From Bacteroidales bacterium (lineage in GTDB: Bacteria > Bacteroidota > Bacteroidia > Bacteroidales > UBA1715), in NCBI GenBank assembly GCA_016714605.1, contig JADKDL010000027.1:1527-65526 (forward strand): a DNA stretch of 64,000 bases, read 5' to 3'. The translations under genes and the position numbers were made by a program. Below are positions 22,374-32,305 of this stretch, piece after piece; within the stretch, counting starts at the first letter, position 1, and each line of letters starts with the position of its first letter. Below the pieces are notes generated by a model. That model worked only from the letters and a program-made list of their open reading frames with translations, ran no database searches and was not told where the DNA came from.

Positions 22374-22462
22374 CTCTGAGGTTCTCTGTGTCTTCTCTGT
22401 GCCTCCGTGTAATAAAATCTATTTCACAGAGATTCACAGAGTAGCCACAGAGTTTCACAGAG
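22374..22462. promoter_or_regulatory. Dyad array of heptamers: four copies of CTCTG(A/T)G/CTCCGTG followed by four copies of CACAGAG, each at 10-11 bp spacing. It lies about 60-150 bp upstream of the 22523 gene.
   Basis: CTCTGAG 22374, CTCTGTG 22384, CTCTGTG 22395, CTCCGTG 22403. After a 15-bp spacer: CACAGAG at 22425, 22435, 22446 and 22456. Confidence 0.6.
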
Positions 22463-22522
22463 AAAAAAATAATTTTCACATTTTCAAATCATTTTATTTT
22501 CAAATTAACAAATTCTATTATT

Positions 22523-23161
22523 ATGAAAAAAGTAAATTTAGTATTCGTAATGCTGACATTCGTACTGTTAAGCTTTGGTCAATCTCAGTTTGAAGTTGCA
22601 ATGTTACAAAACATTGATAGTCTGTACCAATCAAAAAACACTGAGGCTCTGCAAAAGACAATCAACGCATTTGAACGCATTGCCCAAGCCGACACTACCC
22701 GCTGGGAACCGCTCTACTACGCCACGTATGGCTATTGCCAAATGAGTTTGCGAGAACAAAACAACGACAAAAAAGATGCACTCTGCGACAAAGGAGAAAT
22801 ATTCCTAAACAAAGCTTTAGCAAAATTTCCAAATGAGTCGGAATTGTATGTGCTTAAAGGTTTTTTACTTAATATGCGGTTGGTTGTAAATACCTCAGCA
22901 CGAGCAAGTATTTATATAGGGCCAATTTTAACAGCGTATGCCATTGCTGAAAAAATGAACCCCGAAAATCCACGTATTTATTATATGAAAGGAAATTTGA
23001 CAATGAACCTGCCAGATTTTATGGGAGGTGGTAAAGAGGCAGCTTTACCAATTTTTAAACTAGGAAAAGAAAAATTTGATACATTTACTTCATCAAATTT
23101 ACTTATGCCTCGTTGGGGTAGAGATGATTGTATTAATAAAATTAAAGAATGTAGTATGTAA
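22523..23161 (+). CDS. Secreted hypothetical protein (212 aa).
   Basis: Signal peptide MKKVNLVFVMLTFVLLSFGQ. Plain ORF with no recognisable motif. Confidence 0.5.
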   Translation: MKKVNLVFVMLTFVLLSFGQSQFEVAMLQNIDSLYQSKNTEALQKTINAFERIAQADTTRWEPLYYATYGYCQMSLREQNNDKKDALCDKGEIFLNKALAKFPNESELYVLKGFLLNMRLVVNTSARASIYIGPILTAYAIAEKMNPENPRIYYMKGNLTMNLPDFMGGGKEAALPIFKLGKEKFDTFTSSNLLMPRWGRDDCINKIKECSM

Positions 23162-23168
23162 TGTATTT

Positions 23169-23210
23169 CAAACTGGGTGCGCGACTTAAAGTCGCACTCC
23201 CAGTTTGAAA
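23169..23210 (+). repeat. Copy 2 of the nested palindromic element. It sits immediately after the 22523..23161 stop and may act as a terminator.
   Basis: caaactgggtgcgcgacttaaagtcgcactcccagtttgaaa. Outer 9-bp stem caaactggg/cccagtttg, inner gcgact/agtcgc. Confidence 0.6.
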
Positions 23211-23250
23211 TAATTCATTTTCAAATTTTCTCATTTTCAAATTAGTTCAC

Positions 23251-25032
23251 ATGAAAAAAATACTAAAATATTCAGCATTATCATTCATTTTGACCCAGTT
23301 CATAATCCTCTATATCAATGTTCAAATATTTCATTCATTCTCCTCTTGGTTGTTTGGTACGGTGTTCGGACTTACAATTGGAATATCAATGGTTGGGGGA
23401 CAATATTTTATAAAAAAACACATAAAAAAACGATTTCCGTTACTACAAAATCCTATTAAAAATATACTATTGCACTTTACAATAGGAACAATCTATACTA
23501 TAATTGTGATTTTACTATTAAATTACATAGCTTGGGTATTGATATTTAATGTGCCGTATGAGCAGTTTATACAGTCAAATTGGGTTTCTATAAAAATTGC
23601 AATAATCATGTATTTTGGTATTTCACTTTTCGTTTATTCATTCATTTTCTATAAAAATTGGAGAGATTTGGCAATGGAACAAGAAAAGCAACGAACCGAG
23701 AGTCTGCGTTTACGTTTCGAAGCATTACGCAACCATGTAAATCCGCATTTTTTATTCAATAGTTTAAGTTCGCTCACGCACTTGATAGAAATAGACAAAG
23801 ACAAGGCAATTTCGTTTACCAATCACCTTGCCGAGACATACAGATACATAATAGAACACAAAGATACAGATCTGGTTACATTAGACGAAGAGATGAATTT
23901 TGTGCAGTCGTATCTGCGTTTGCAGGGAATACGCTATGGCGAATTGATTCAAATAAATAATAGGGTAGTAGATAACCAAAACACCTATTTTGTGATTCCA
24001 GTATCGGTTCAAATGCTTATTGAAAATATATTTAAACACAACGAAATTTCAAGAAGTTCAAAAATTGTGATTGAAATATGGATTGAAAACGATTATTTGT
24101 ATATAAAAAACAATATAAATACGAAGAGCGAAGATTTAGACCGAACACCAACCGGACTCGCAAATATTCGTAGCCGTTATGAATATCTATCAAACCGAAT
24201 ATGTATCTTTGGAGCGCAAGAAAATAATTTTATAGTAGCTTTACCATTATTAACAAGTGTAGAAAAAAAGACAATGCGAGCTGTAGTTATTGAAGACGAA
24301 CCCCTTGTGAGCGATTATTTAGTAGCACTTATCAAAAAAATAGATCCAACTATAGAAATAATAGCAACACTAGATACGGTAAAACAATCTATACCGTGGT
24401 TTGCTGCAAACCCAGCGGTAGATATAGCATTTATGGATATTCGCTTGGCAGATGGAATAAGTTTCGATATTTTTGAACACTGCACGGTGCCCTGTCCGGT
24501 TATTTTTACAACCGCTTACGACGAATATGCAATCCGTGCATTTAAAGTAAACAGCATCGATTATCTGCTGAAACCAATAAAACAGAATGACCTAGAAAAT
24601 GCGCTGATAAAATTTCGCAATCAGAGCAACGTTCAAAGTCAATTCAAAAACGAACAAATAATTCCAGTTTTAAAGAATGAAATAAAAACAGGTTATAAAA
24701 CCAGATTTGTGGTGAAAGTTGGAGAACGCCTAATAATGATTCCCCTCGAAGAAATAGTATACTTTTGCAGCAAAGACAAATCTACATGGATCTGCACCAC
24801 TGCTGGGAAAGAATACCCAATAGAACAATATATTGACTCACTTGCAGAATGTATTTCACCAACAACATTTTTCCGCATCAATAGAAAATATTTCGTATCC
24901 ATACATGCAATAAAAGACATTATAGTCTATTCCGGTAGTAGACTTCTGGTAAAAATGCCACACTGCAACAACGAAGATACTATTGTAAGTCGCGAAAAAG
25001 TATTAGATTTCAGAAAGTGGATTGAGGGATGA
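23251..25032 (+). CDS. Single-polypeptide fusion of a LytS/YehU-type membrane sensor histidine kinase with a receiver and a LytTR DNA-binding domain.
   Basis: Five or six N-terminal TM helices. The LytS-type H-box NPHFLFNSLSSL. An ATPase region (MLIENIFKHN...GLANIRSRYEYL). Then MRAVVIEDEPLVSDYL...DIAFMDIRLADGISFDIF (receiver) and FVVKVGERLIMIPLEEIVYF...TFFRINRKYFVSIHAI (LytTR). Confidence 0.75.
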   Translation: MKKILKYSALSFILTQFIILYINVQIFHSFSSWLFGTVFGLTIGISMVGGQYFIKKHIKKRFPLLQNPIKNILLHFTIGTIYTIIVILLLNYIAWVLIFNVPYEQFIQSNWVSIKIAIIMYFGISLFVYSFIFYKNWRDLAMEQEKQRTESLRLRFEALRNHVNPHFLFNSLSSLTHLIEIDKDKAISFTNHLAETYRYIIEHKDTDLVTLDEEMNFVQSYLRLQGIRYGELIQINNRVVDNQNTYFVIPVSVQMLIENIFKHNEISRSSKIVIEIWIENDYLYIKNNINTKSEDLDRTPTGLANIRSRYEYLSNRICIFGAQENNFIVALPLLTSVEKKTMRAVVIEDEPLVSDYLVALIKKIDPTIEIIATLDTVKQSIPWFAANPAVDIAFMDIRLADGISFDIFEHCTVPCPVIFTTAYDEYAIRAFKVNSIDYLLKPIKQNDLENALIKFRNQSNVQSQFKNEQIIPVLKNEIKTGYKTRFVVKVGERLIMIPLEEIVYFCSKDKSTWICTTAGKEYPIEQYIDSLAECISPTTFFRINRKYFVSIHAIKDIIVYSGSRLLVKMPHCNNEDTIVSREKVLDFRKWIEG

Positions 25033-25156
25033 AACAGTTTTTACTGTTTTTTTCTATTTTTGATATTACAATAAGAAAAATATGTGTATCTTTTTCCCTT
25101 AATACCTGTAATACTAACCATTTTTAGGTAATTATTCTCATTCATAATTTACAAAT

Positions 25157-26584
25157 ATGAATATACTTGAAACCGAGAACACTCAAAGTTTAAGAGAGTT
25201 AAATATTATATTGTCTATAAGTCAGAGTATTATAAGCACTCTTGACTATCAGACAATATTACAGTGGATAAGTAATGGAATGTCTGAATTGCTCGAAATT
25301 GAATCGGCTGCTATTTATACTATTGAAAGCGAGAATGAAATAGTATTAGGAGCTACAACGCCTAGTTTAGATCCAAATTTTCCCGATGAACTACGTAAAG
25401 CAATTATTTCAGATCATCCTATAATTCTCAAAACGATTGAGACCGGAAAGCATATTCATGTGAGCGACACGAGAACTGCATCACTATCGCCATCTGAAAA
25501 AAATATTATTGAAATGCGTAATTTGCGGAGTTTGTTGTATTTACCTTTTATTCAAGAAACAAAAGTAATAGGAGTACTCATTTTAGGAACATGCAATAAA
25601 TCGAGGTCATTTACCGAGCATGAAATAAATATGGTGCAAATGGTTGCAAACCAGTTGTCTGTTGCAATTCAAAACTCCCGACTTCATGTAGATTTAAACA
25701 ATTATAAAGATAATCTAGAGTTATTGGTAAATGAACGAACCGAAGAATTAGAAGCTGCAAACGATGAATTACAAACGCTAAACGAAGAACTACAAACACT
25801 AAATGAAGAGTTGAGCGAGCGAAATAATTTAGTAGTTAAACAAAAAGATAAACTAGAGACTACGCTGCATAATCTGAAAGCAGTTCAAACACAATTAATT
25901 CAAGCCGAAAAAATGGCTTCACTGGGAATTTTAACATCAGGTGTTGCTCATGAAATAAACAATCCGCTTAATTTTATCATGGGGTCGTATTATGGGCTTA
26001 TTAATTTTTTCGAAACTACAGCCCCGGAATATTTGAATGATATAACATTTTATTTAGACAGCTTAAAAACAGGGGTAGATAGAGCTACAGCCATAGTCCA
26101 TGGTCTAAACCAATTTAGCAGAGATAACAAGAACAATGATGAAGATTGCGATATACATACAATTATTGATAATTGTCTTGTAATGCTTAAGAGTCAATAT
26201 AAAGACAAAATGAGCATTGATAAATTATATGAAATTGATAATGTAATAGTAAAAGGAAACGTAGGTAAACTCCATCAGGTTTTTGTTAATTTGCTTTCAA
26301 ATTCTATACAAGCAATTGATGTAAATGGTAACATTACTATTGCTACAAAAAGAGGTGAAAATTCAATAATAGTAACTATAACAGATAATGGTTGTGGAAT
26401 TGATAAAGAAAATCTTAACAAAATATTTGATCCGTTTTTCACAACCAAAGATCCCGGAAAAGGTACCGGCTTAGGTCTTTCTATAAGCTACAATATAATT
26501 AAAGAGCTCAATGGAATAATAGCGTTTGAGTCTGAATTACATGAGGGTACAAAAGTTACCCTTACCATTCCTAAAGGTCGATAA
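25157..26584 (+). CDS. Cytoplasmic GAF-domain sensor histidine kinase (GAF, coiled-coil, HisKA, HATPase).
   Basis: No TM segment. The GAF-like N-half is followed by heptad repeats ([23 protein letters not shown]). The H-box is [12 protein letters not shown], with HATPase-region motifs ([24 protein letters not shown]) after it. Confidence 0.75.
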   Translation: MNILETENTQSLRELNIILSISQSIISTLDYQTILQWISNGMSELLEIESAAIYTIESENEIVLGATTPSLDPNFPDELRKAIISDHPIILKTIETGKHIHVSDTRTASLSPSEKNIIEMRNLRSLLYLPFIQETKVIGVLILGTCNKSRSFTEHEINMVQMVANQLSVAIQNSRLHVDLNNYKDNLELLVNERTEELEAANDELQTLNEELQTLNEELSERNNLVVKQKDKLETTLHNLKAVQTQLIQAEKMASLGILTSGVAHEINNPLNFIMGSYYGLINFFETTAPEYLNDITFYLDSLKTGVDRATAIVHGLNQFSRDNKNNDEDCDIHTIIDNCLVMLKSQYKDKMSIDKLYEIDNVIVKGNVGKLHQVFVNLLSNSIQAIDVNGNITIATKRGENSIIVTITDNGCGIDKENLNKIFDPFFTTKDPGKGTGLGLSISYNIIKELNGIIAFESELHEGTKVTLTIPKGR

Positions 26585-26678
26585 AATACCTGTTTTGTAA
26601 ATTTGGTTTAAATAGTAAAAAAAAATAAGTTAATTGTTGTTTAATGGGTATATTTAGACAATAATTCTGTTTATCTAT

Positions 26679-27206
26679 ATGAATACAAAAACTGTTGCTA
26701 AAATAGCCTTACTATTTCTATTCTTTCTTTTGAATACTAAAGAAAATACCGTTGTAGGTCAAAACCAAAATACAGGATCTAATCAAGAAAACCCACACAA
26801 TAATTTATTTACAATAAGGTATGATCAAACCGATTCAGTTTATACAATAACGGTACCTCAAGAATTGAGTTCTCAATTTATGTGCGAAACTGAAAATCTG
26901 CGCCTTGACCAAACCGGAGATTTCAATGCCGATGGCAAAGATGATATTGTTTTCTTTATGGGAGCTTGTGGCACAGGTGGTTGTGTATATGGTGTGTTTT
27001 TACATGAATACGATATATATTATCGATTGGCTTTTAATGAATACTTGAAGTGTCCGGCTTTTGAAACTGATAAAAAAGGTTTCTATATCATAAAATCATT
27101 TGAAGAGTATGAAGCATATAATCCGGAGAAAATTATTGAATCAATTTATAGATTTAATAAAAAGAAACAAGTTTTTGAATTCTATAAGTCGGTTATAAAT
27201 GAATAA
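26679..27206 (+). CDS. Secreted hypothetical protein with an FG-GAP/VCBS-like motif DFNADGKDDIVFF.
   Basis: N-terminal hydrophobic signal-like segment; plain ORF. Confidence 0.45.
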   Translation: MNTKTVAKIALLFLFFLLNTKENTVVGQNQNTGSNQENPHNNLFTIRYDQTDSVYTITVPQELSSQFMCETENLRLDQTGDFNADGKDDIVFFMGACGTGGCVYGVFLHEYDIYYRLAFNEYLKCPAFETDKKGFYIIKSFEEYEAYNPEKIIESIYRFNKKKQVFEFYKSVINE

Positions 27207-27247
27207 TAATCAGACTATTTATATACTTAAATAAGGATGAATTTTAT

Positions 27248-29914
27248 TTATTCTTGCATTTTTACAAAATAAGCTTTCCCTGGTTCTAAATAGTTGATAC
27301 TGTTATTCATATTGCCAAATTGCCAAAAGCCGTTGAAGTTTTTTATTGTTTTAATTTTTTTTGCATATTCTCCCATACCTGTTTCAATATTTGTGCTATT
27401 GAGCTGCGTAAAACCCATGAGTTGCCAGTTCGTTTCCATATCTGATATATCCAAAGACTTGTTATTGAGTTCATAACCTTTAAATTGAATGGTTTCATTT
27501 ACAGTATTAAAAACCAAATATCCTTTACCTGATTCAATTGAACGAAGGGTATTGAATATCTCGGGTTGACCGGCTTTGTAATAAGAAGATTGATTTTTCA
27601 CCAAGGTAGCATTAGGAAAAACTTTTGGAACGGACATATCGACAAACGCAATAGGCAGCGACACTAAATTCCAACCTGCTGAAAGTGATATTGAGACGGT
27701 CTTTTCTTGTTTCACTTCATACATTTCCCAATTGTCAATATAGCCCTTGTCGCTTTTGAAATAAATTTTAGGATTGCTACCAATAGTAGTGCCTGTAGTA
27801 AAGGTAAAATCTATTGTTTCCCATATTTTTGATAATACAACCTCGTGATAGATGTCAGCAACTGCGAGGTTGTGACCAGCAACACCAATACCTGTTGAAG
27901 TATTATTGGTTGCGTATTTACAATCATCAACCAACATTGCTTTTATGAGTTTCACCACATTTATTAATTCGGCGTGTTGCACTGCTTGAGAACCTAAATT
28001 TGTAATTTCCGTTTTATAGTTTATACCCAAAGGCCAATAATGTTGCGTATCGCCTTTAAGTACTTCACCGTTTAGGTTCTTCATAAAATTAGTTCCAGCT
28101 TGTCCAGCCCACACCTTACTCGACATGAGCGATTGCCACAATGAAGATGTACCCGAACCAAAATAATGTGCCATCTCATGTATTGCTGTTCCCACCCACA
28201 TATAGGTAGTATTTGAACCAAAACCTATGCTACCCATGTGACTAGCTTGTGCTGTAGGTATTCCACTATCATAATACACATAAATATCCTTTACAAAAGG
28301 GGTATATTTATTGAAATATGAACAGGCACTGTCCATTGCAATTTTTATGAGTCGGTATTGGTTCGGATATGCATTGCTATCTAAAGCTAAGGTATATGTT
28401 ACCGCTCCCATATTACCGGGTTTTATTAATGGATGATTCTTAAATACTCTTGCACGTACCCGATATTGTGTATTGGGTTTTAGAATACCAGTCAGGTTAC
28501 GTTCTATAAACCCATTTCCAGAGACTTCGCCACTACTACTGCCACAAAATACAAAATCGGGAATGGTGTTTATGCTGCGGATTTCAACTCCGCTAACATC
28601 ATAATTAAGGGTTGGATCGTTTATAATGTTTTCTGGATATAAAGGGCTGAAACATTCGCTGTTGGGTTGGGCTACTATATCAATTTCTGTTTTTGCAGAA
28701 CCACTCGTAAGCACAAGTTTTCCAGAAGAATTTTGTATTCCATTGTATGTTACGGTAACGTCAACATTAACAGAATTTGGAGGTAACCTATGGAGCGAGA
28801 GGTTTATTCCGGCAGGGGCTGTGAGTATAATATCCGAAGGGAGATTATTACCAAAAACAGTAACCGTTGCGGTGTTATTAAATTCATCGAGAAGGACACG
28901 TTTTTTGGAAACAACAATGGAAGGATTTATAGAACCTTTAACGAAAATACTATCTTTAACATTACCACTGGTCAAATACACATATCCACTGGCATTTTGT
29001 GTGCCGATGAAAGTTATTGCCAAAGAATCACCGTTCACATTATTTACAAGGCTTGATGTAGAAAGAGAAAAATTATTTGGGGCTGTGATAGAAATATTCT
29101 GTCCAAGATTTCTTGCCTAAACAGCGACTTTCTGGGTACTTGGCTTATTGAAGGTTAATGAGGGCGAAGAACTTATAATTACCGGAATGTTTTCTGCTCC
29201 CGTTTTATACAAAAACGATACCTCTCTCTGTGTTAAAGATTGGTTGTAGATACTGTATTTGGAAATAGACCCAATCCAAGTAGGGTCGGCAGTATAGCCA
29301 CTTTTCCCCAGATATGCCAACGAGGTGCTTATGCTCGAAAGCGGAACGGTATTTTTAACTTTATCTACCAGTAAGCCATCAATGTAAAAGAACAATGAAT
29401 CGTAACGCACTACCGAAATAAATTGGTGCAATTTGCCATCGTCATATTCAGGACCACGAACTAATACTTGCCTATTTAGTTCACCGTCGGAAATTGCTAC
29501 ACGACTCTCATTATCATTTCGAGCAGGCATCATAAAGAGAAAATTACTACCATTGTTGTTTACCGTTCTACCGAAATATGCTATATGAGCAAAACTGCCA
29601 TTTGCAGCTGCTTTAGGAGTAAACCAAATTTCTTGAGAAATAACCTGATAGGTGTTCAACGCCAATGCCGTTCCCGAGAAAGAAAGATACTGCCCTTGAG
29701 CATTTAACACTAAGGCTTTGTTCGTAATATATGCACCACCCACTAGAGTGCCGTTTACTGGATTAGTCGTGATCGCATCATTAGCTGTACCATTGTCGAA
29801 TGTCCATTGGTGCATCAAATGGGCAGTTCCAGGGTTCGATTGTGCAAAAGAAAATATATTGCATAATAGAAACAAAGCAATTACGGTGGTAGTTTTTAGC
29901 GTATGTAAGTTCAT
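27248..29914 (-). CDS. Large secreted protein: signal peptide, LamG/concanavalin-like domain, two Ig-like segments, a domain with a zinc-binding-like HEMAHYFG motif, and two tandem copies of the conserved C-terminal module. One in-frame TAG at 29117-29119 splits it into ORFs 29117..29914 and 27248..29038.
   Basis: Both ORFs share one frame (the 2667-bp span is divisible by 3). Translation across the stop reads ...STQKVAV*ARNLGQNISITAPNN...NGDSLAITFIGTQ. Motifs: TAIHEMAHYFGSG. C-terminal modules SISLSAGWNLVSLPI...GKGYLVF and NWQLMGF...KNFNGFW...GKAYFVKM. Confidence 0.65.
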
Positions 29915-30065
29915 AGACTTAGGGTATTTAACAATTTCCTAAAATGGTCTTTCTATGCAATATACGATAAAAAATGTAAAATTTAAACAAGAATGAATTA
30001 TTAAATTGTTGAAGTTTAAAATATTATGGGAGGGTTGATAACTTGTAAAAAATTTTTGCATAATG

Positions 30066-30101
30066 AACACAGTTGCACTCCAAATAATGCAACTGTGTTT
30101 T
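30066..30101. terminator. Hairpin with a perfect 12-bp stem (AACACAGTTGCA/TGCAACTGTGTT), T-rich flanks on both strands. Candidate bidirectional terminator.
   Basis: aacacagttgcactccaaataatgcaactgtgtttttcaatatt. Confidence 0.5.
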
Positions 30102-30150
30102 TCAATATTCGAACTGACCATATTTTATTGAACAGTCCAAATAATTAATA

Positions 30151-30369
30151 CTACATTTTTCTAAACATTTTAATTATTTCTATTTTGTGTAGCTGGATTA
30201 TCAGATTATCTATTTCAAATTTGATTATTTTATAATCAAATTTGGAAATAGGCTGAGAACACGTATTCACACATAAGAAATGTTCGCTATCAGAAAAATA
30301 ATGTAAACTATAATTTAAATGTTCCATTCGACCTTCATACAGATGTGGAGATTTAATAATTTTTTGCAT
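30151..30369 (-). CDS. Small hypothetical ORF (72 aa) in an AT-rich intergenic stretch. Coding status uncertain.
   Basis: ORF only; the hairpin 50 bp downstream could terminate it. Confidence 0.25.
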   Translation of the reverse strand: MQKIIKSPHLYEGRMEHLNYSLHYFSDSEHFLCVNTCSQPISKFDYKIIKFEIDNLIIQLHKIEIIKMFRKM

Positions 30370-30656
30370 TATATCTATTATTTTTTTTATTATTTAAAAC
30401 GAAATTAATTAGCAAAATAGTAAAAGTAATTCATGTTTTTTCACTTTTCGGCTTTGATAATAAACCAATTACCTACTTTGATAATAATTTTCTTAAACCC
30501 AGATATTGCTAAAATTATTATAAGAATAATAACTAACATTAATAAATTAAACATCTTAAATAGATTTCCATCCTATTAAATGAAAGCAACATTTCTTTCA
30601 GAAAATAGAATTGTTTACAACGAAATTAAATTAGGGATAGATGAATAACGAAATCA

Positions 30657-30685
30657 AATAAAGAGAAAGAGCTTCTCTTTATTTA
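30657..30685 (-). terminator. Hairpin with an 11-bp stem (AAATAAAGAGA/TCTCTTTATTT) about 50 bp downstream of the 30731 gene stop.
   Basis: aaataaagagaaagagcttctctttattt. Confidence 0.45.
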
Positions 30686-30730
30686 ACAAAGATATAACTT
30701 TTTTTTAAAATAATTTAATTTATAGTTATT

Positions 30731-31168
30731 TTATTTGTTTGATTCACTTTTACAATGCACCGAATCAAACTTCGGTGAACAAACATCTTTTTTGAAAATC
30801 CATTTTATCGTATCGTTTACTTGCAATTGATTTCTGAATGCAAGTTTGTCGGGAGATTTTCTGTTTACCGTGTAATACCATGCAGTAATACCTCGTTGTG
30901 TTTGTTTTCCGTTTATAGAGGTAACAAATATGTGTTTTTCAACCGGATGTGTTTCTACTATTGCAGCGTTTTGTAAGGCTGTAAGTGCGGTTATTCCTTC
31001 GTACCATGTTACTGTAGAGGTTTCAATTGTTGTACTGTCGCCCCATTGTACCGTAATGTACTGTTGAGTAGCATCTGTATCAGCTAATACGGTTTCTTTT
31101 GCTGCTTTCTCTGTGCAACTTATGAGCAATGCGATTGATAGTATTGAGATTATTTTAAAATGTTTCAT
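30731..31168 (-). CDS. Small lipoprotein of unknown function at the edge of the cobalamin locus.
   Basis: Lipobox MKHFKIISILSIALLISC. Confidence 0.6.
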   Translation of the reverse strand: MKHFKIISILSIALLISCTEKAAKETVLADTDATQQYITVQWGDSTTIETSTVTWYEGITALTALQNAAIVETHPVEKHIFVTSINGKQTQRGITAWYYTVNRKSPDKLAFRNQLQVNDTIKWIFKKDVCSPKFDSVHCKSESNK

Positions 31169-31169
31169 A

Positions 31170-32295
31170 TCAAGCTATTATTAATTTGTTAATTGATTTT
31201 AATTTCGATTCTAATAGTTCTAGTGCATCAATTTGGTTTTCATTCTGTACAGCAACCCATTGTCTAAGCTTGTTTATGGCTGCTCCGCTTGATATTGCTT
31301 CTTGTGCCATTGCAACACCTGCTTGTATGCTTAGGGTCTTTTCTGTTGTATAGAGCAATGCTCCTGCGTTGAGGCAGGTAAAGTCTATACATGCCTTATG
31401 ACCCAAACCTGAAAGTACTGAAAGAAATCGTTCTGTCTCTGTTTGTAAATTTCCTGTTGTGGCTATTTCTGCAAATGGGTGTGTTTGCAATCCAACAGCT
31501 TCTGGGCGCAATGTATAACTTTCTTTTATGGCATTTTCACCAAATTCCTGAATCTGTGTTTCTCCACAAACCGATAATTCATCCATACCACCTTGTAAAT
31601 TGTCTGCTGTGCCATGAACTACCATGCCTCGCTTATAGCCTATGGACAACATAATTTTGCTTACTGGATGCAAAAGTGCTGGTGTGTAAACACCTCGTAA
31701 TCCGTATGTTGGTTTTGCCGGATTTGCCAGTGATGCTGCAATATTCAGAGTGCTACCAAAGCGAATCTGACTCAATATCCGACCCAGTCCGGCCGGATGC
31801 ACCTTCGGACTCATACCGTTAAACAAGCCAATACCTGCCGATGTTATGCTTTTTACAACGGTATGTACATCGCAATTTACATCAATGCCTACAGCTTCCA
31901 AGATATCTACCGTACCGCAAGCCGAGGTAAGTGCTCTAGCTCCATGTCGAGCCATTCGTACACCAAGCTGCTGCTACAATTGCTGCGGCACTGCTTACAT
32001 TAAATGTTTTGAGCGAATCCATGCCTGTGCCCGAATTTTCTGCAAGTTCAAGTGCCGGGTCTAATTGGGCCGGGGTGGTATCATAATCGCTTATAGCCAA
32101 CCATGCTCCAATTATTTCATCAATGGTTTCGCCTTTGCTTACCAATGCTGCAAGAAACGCCCCTTGCTGTAGGTCTGGTTGCTGATTGAGCAATATTTCT
32201 GCGAACATTGCATACGTTTCGTTCTGACTTAAATTTTGTTTGTTGATGAGGCGTTGAATTCCTGCGCCAAAATATTTGATTTTTTCTTCGTTCAT
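31170..32295 (-). CDS. TrpD-family glycosyl transferase family 3 protein (anthranilate phosphoribosyltransferase-like paralog). A frameshift lies near 31936-31955.
   Basis: N-terminal fragment has the TrpD-family Gly-rich loop ENSGTGMDSLKTFNVSSAAAIVAAA. C-terminal fragment starts MARHGARALTSACGTVDILEAVGI (compare VAKHGNR..S..GSADVLEALG in TrpD). Confidence 0.65.
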
Positions 32296-32305
32296 GTTAT
32301 AAAAA

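Noticed and set aside
22399-22593. ORF 22399..22593 (64 aa)
   Set aside because: It is a translation of the CACAGAG repeat array and promoter region, and it overlaps the real start of the 22523 gene.
29939-30121. ORF 29939..30121 (60 aa) in the AT-rich intergenic region
   Set aside because: No RBS, no motif, low complexity. It spans the 30066-30101 hairpin called as a candidate terminator.
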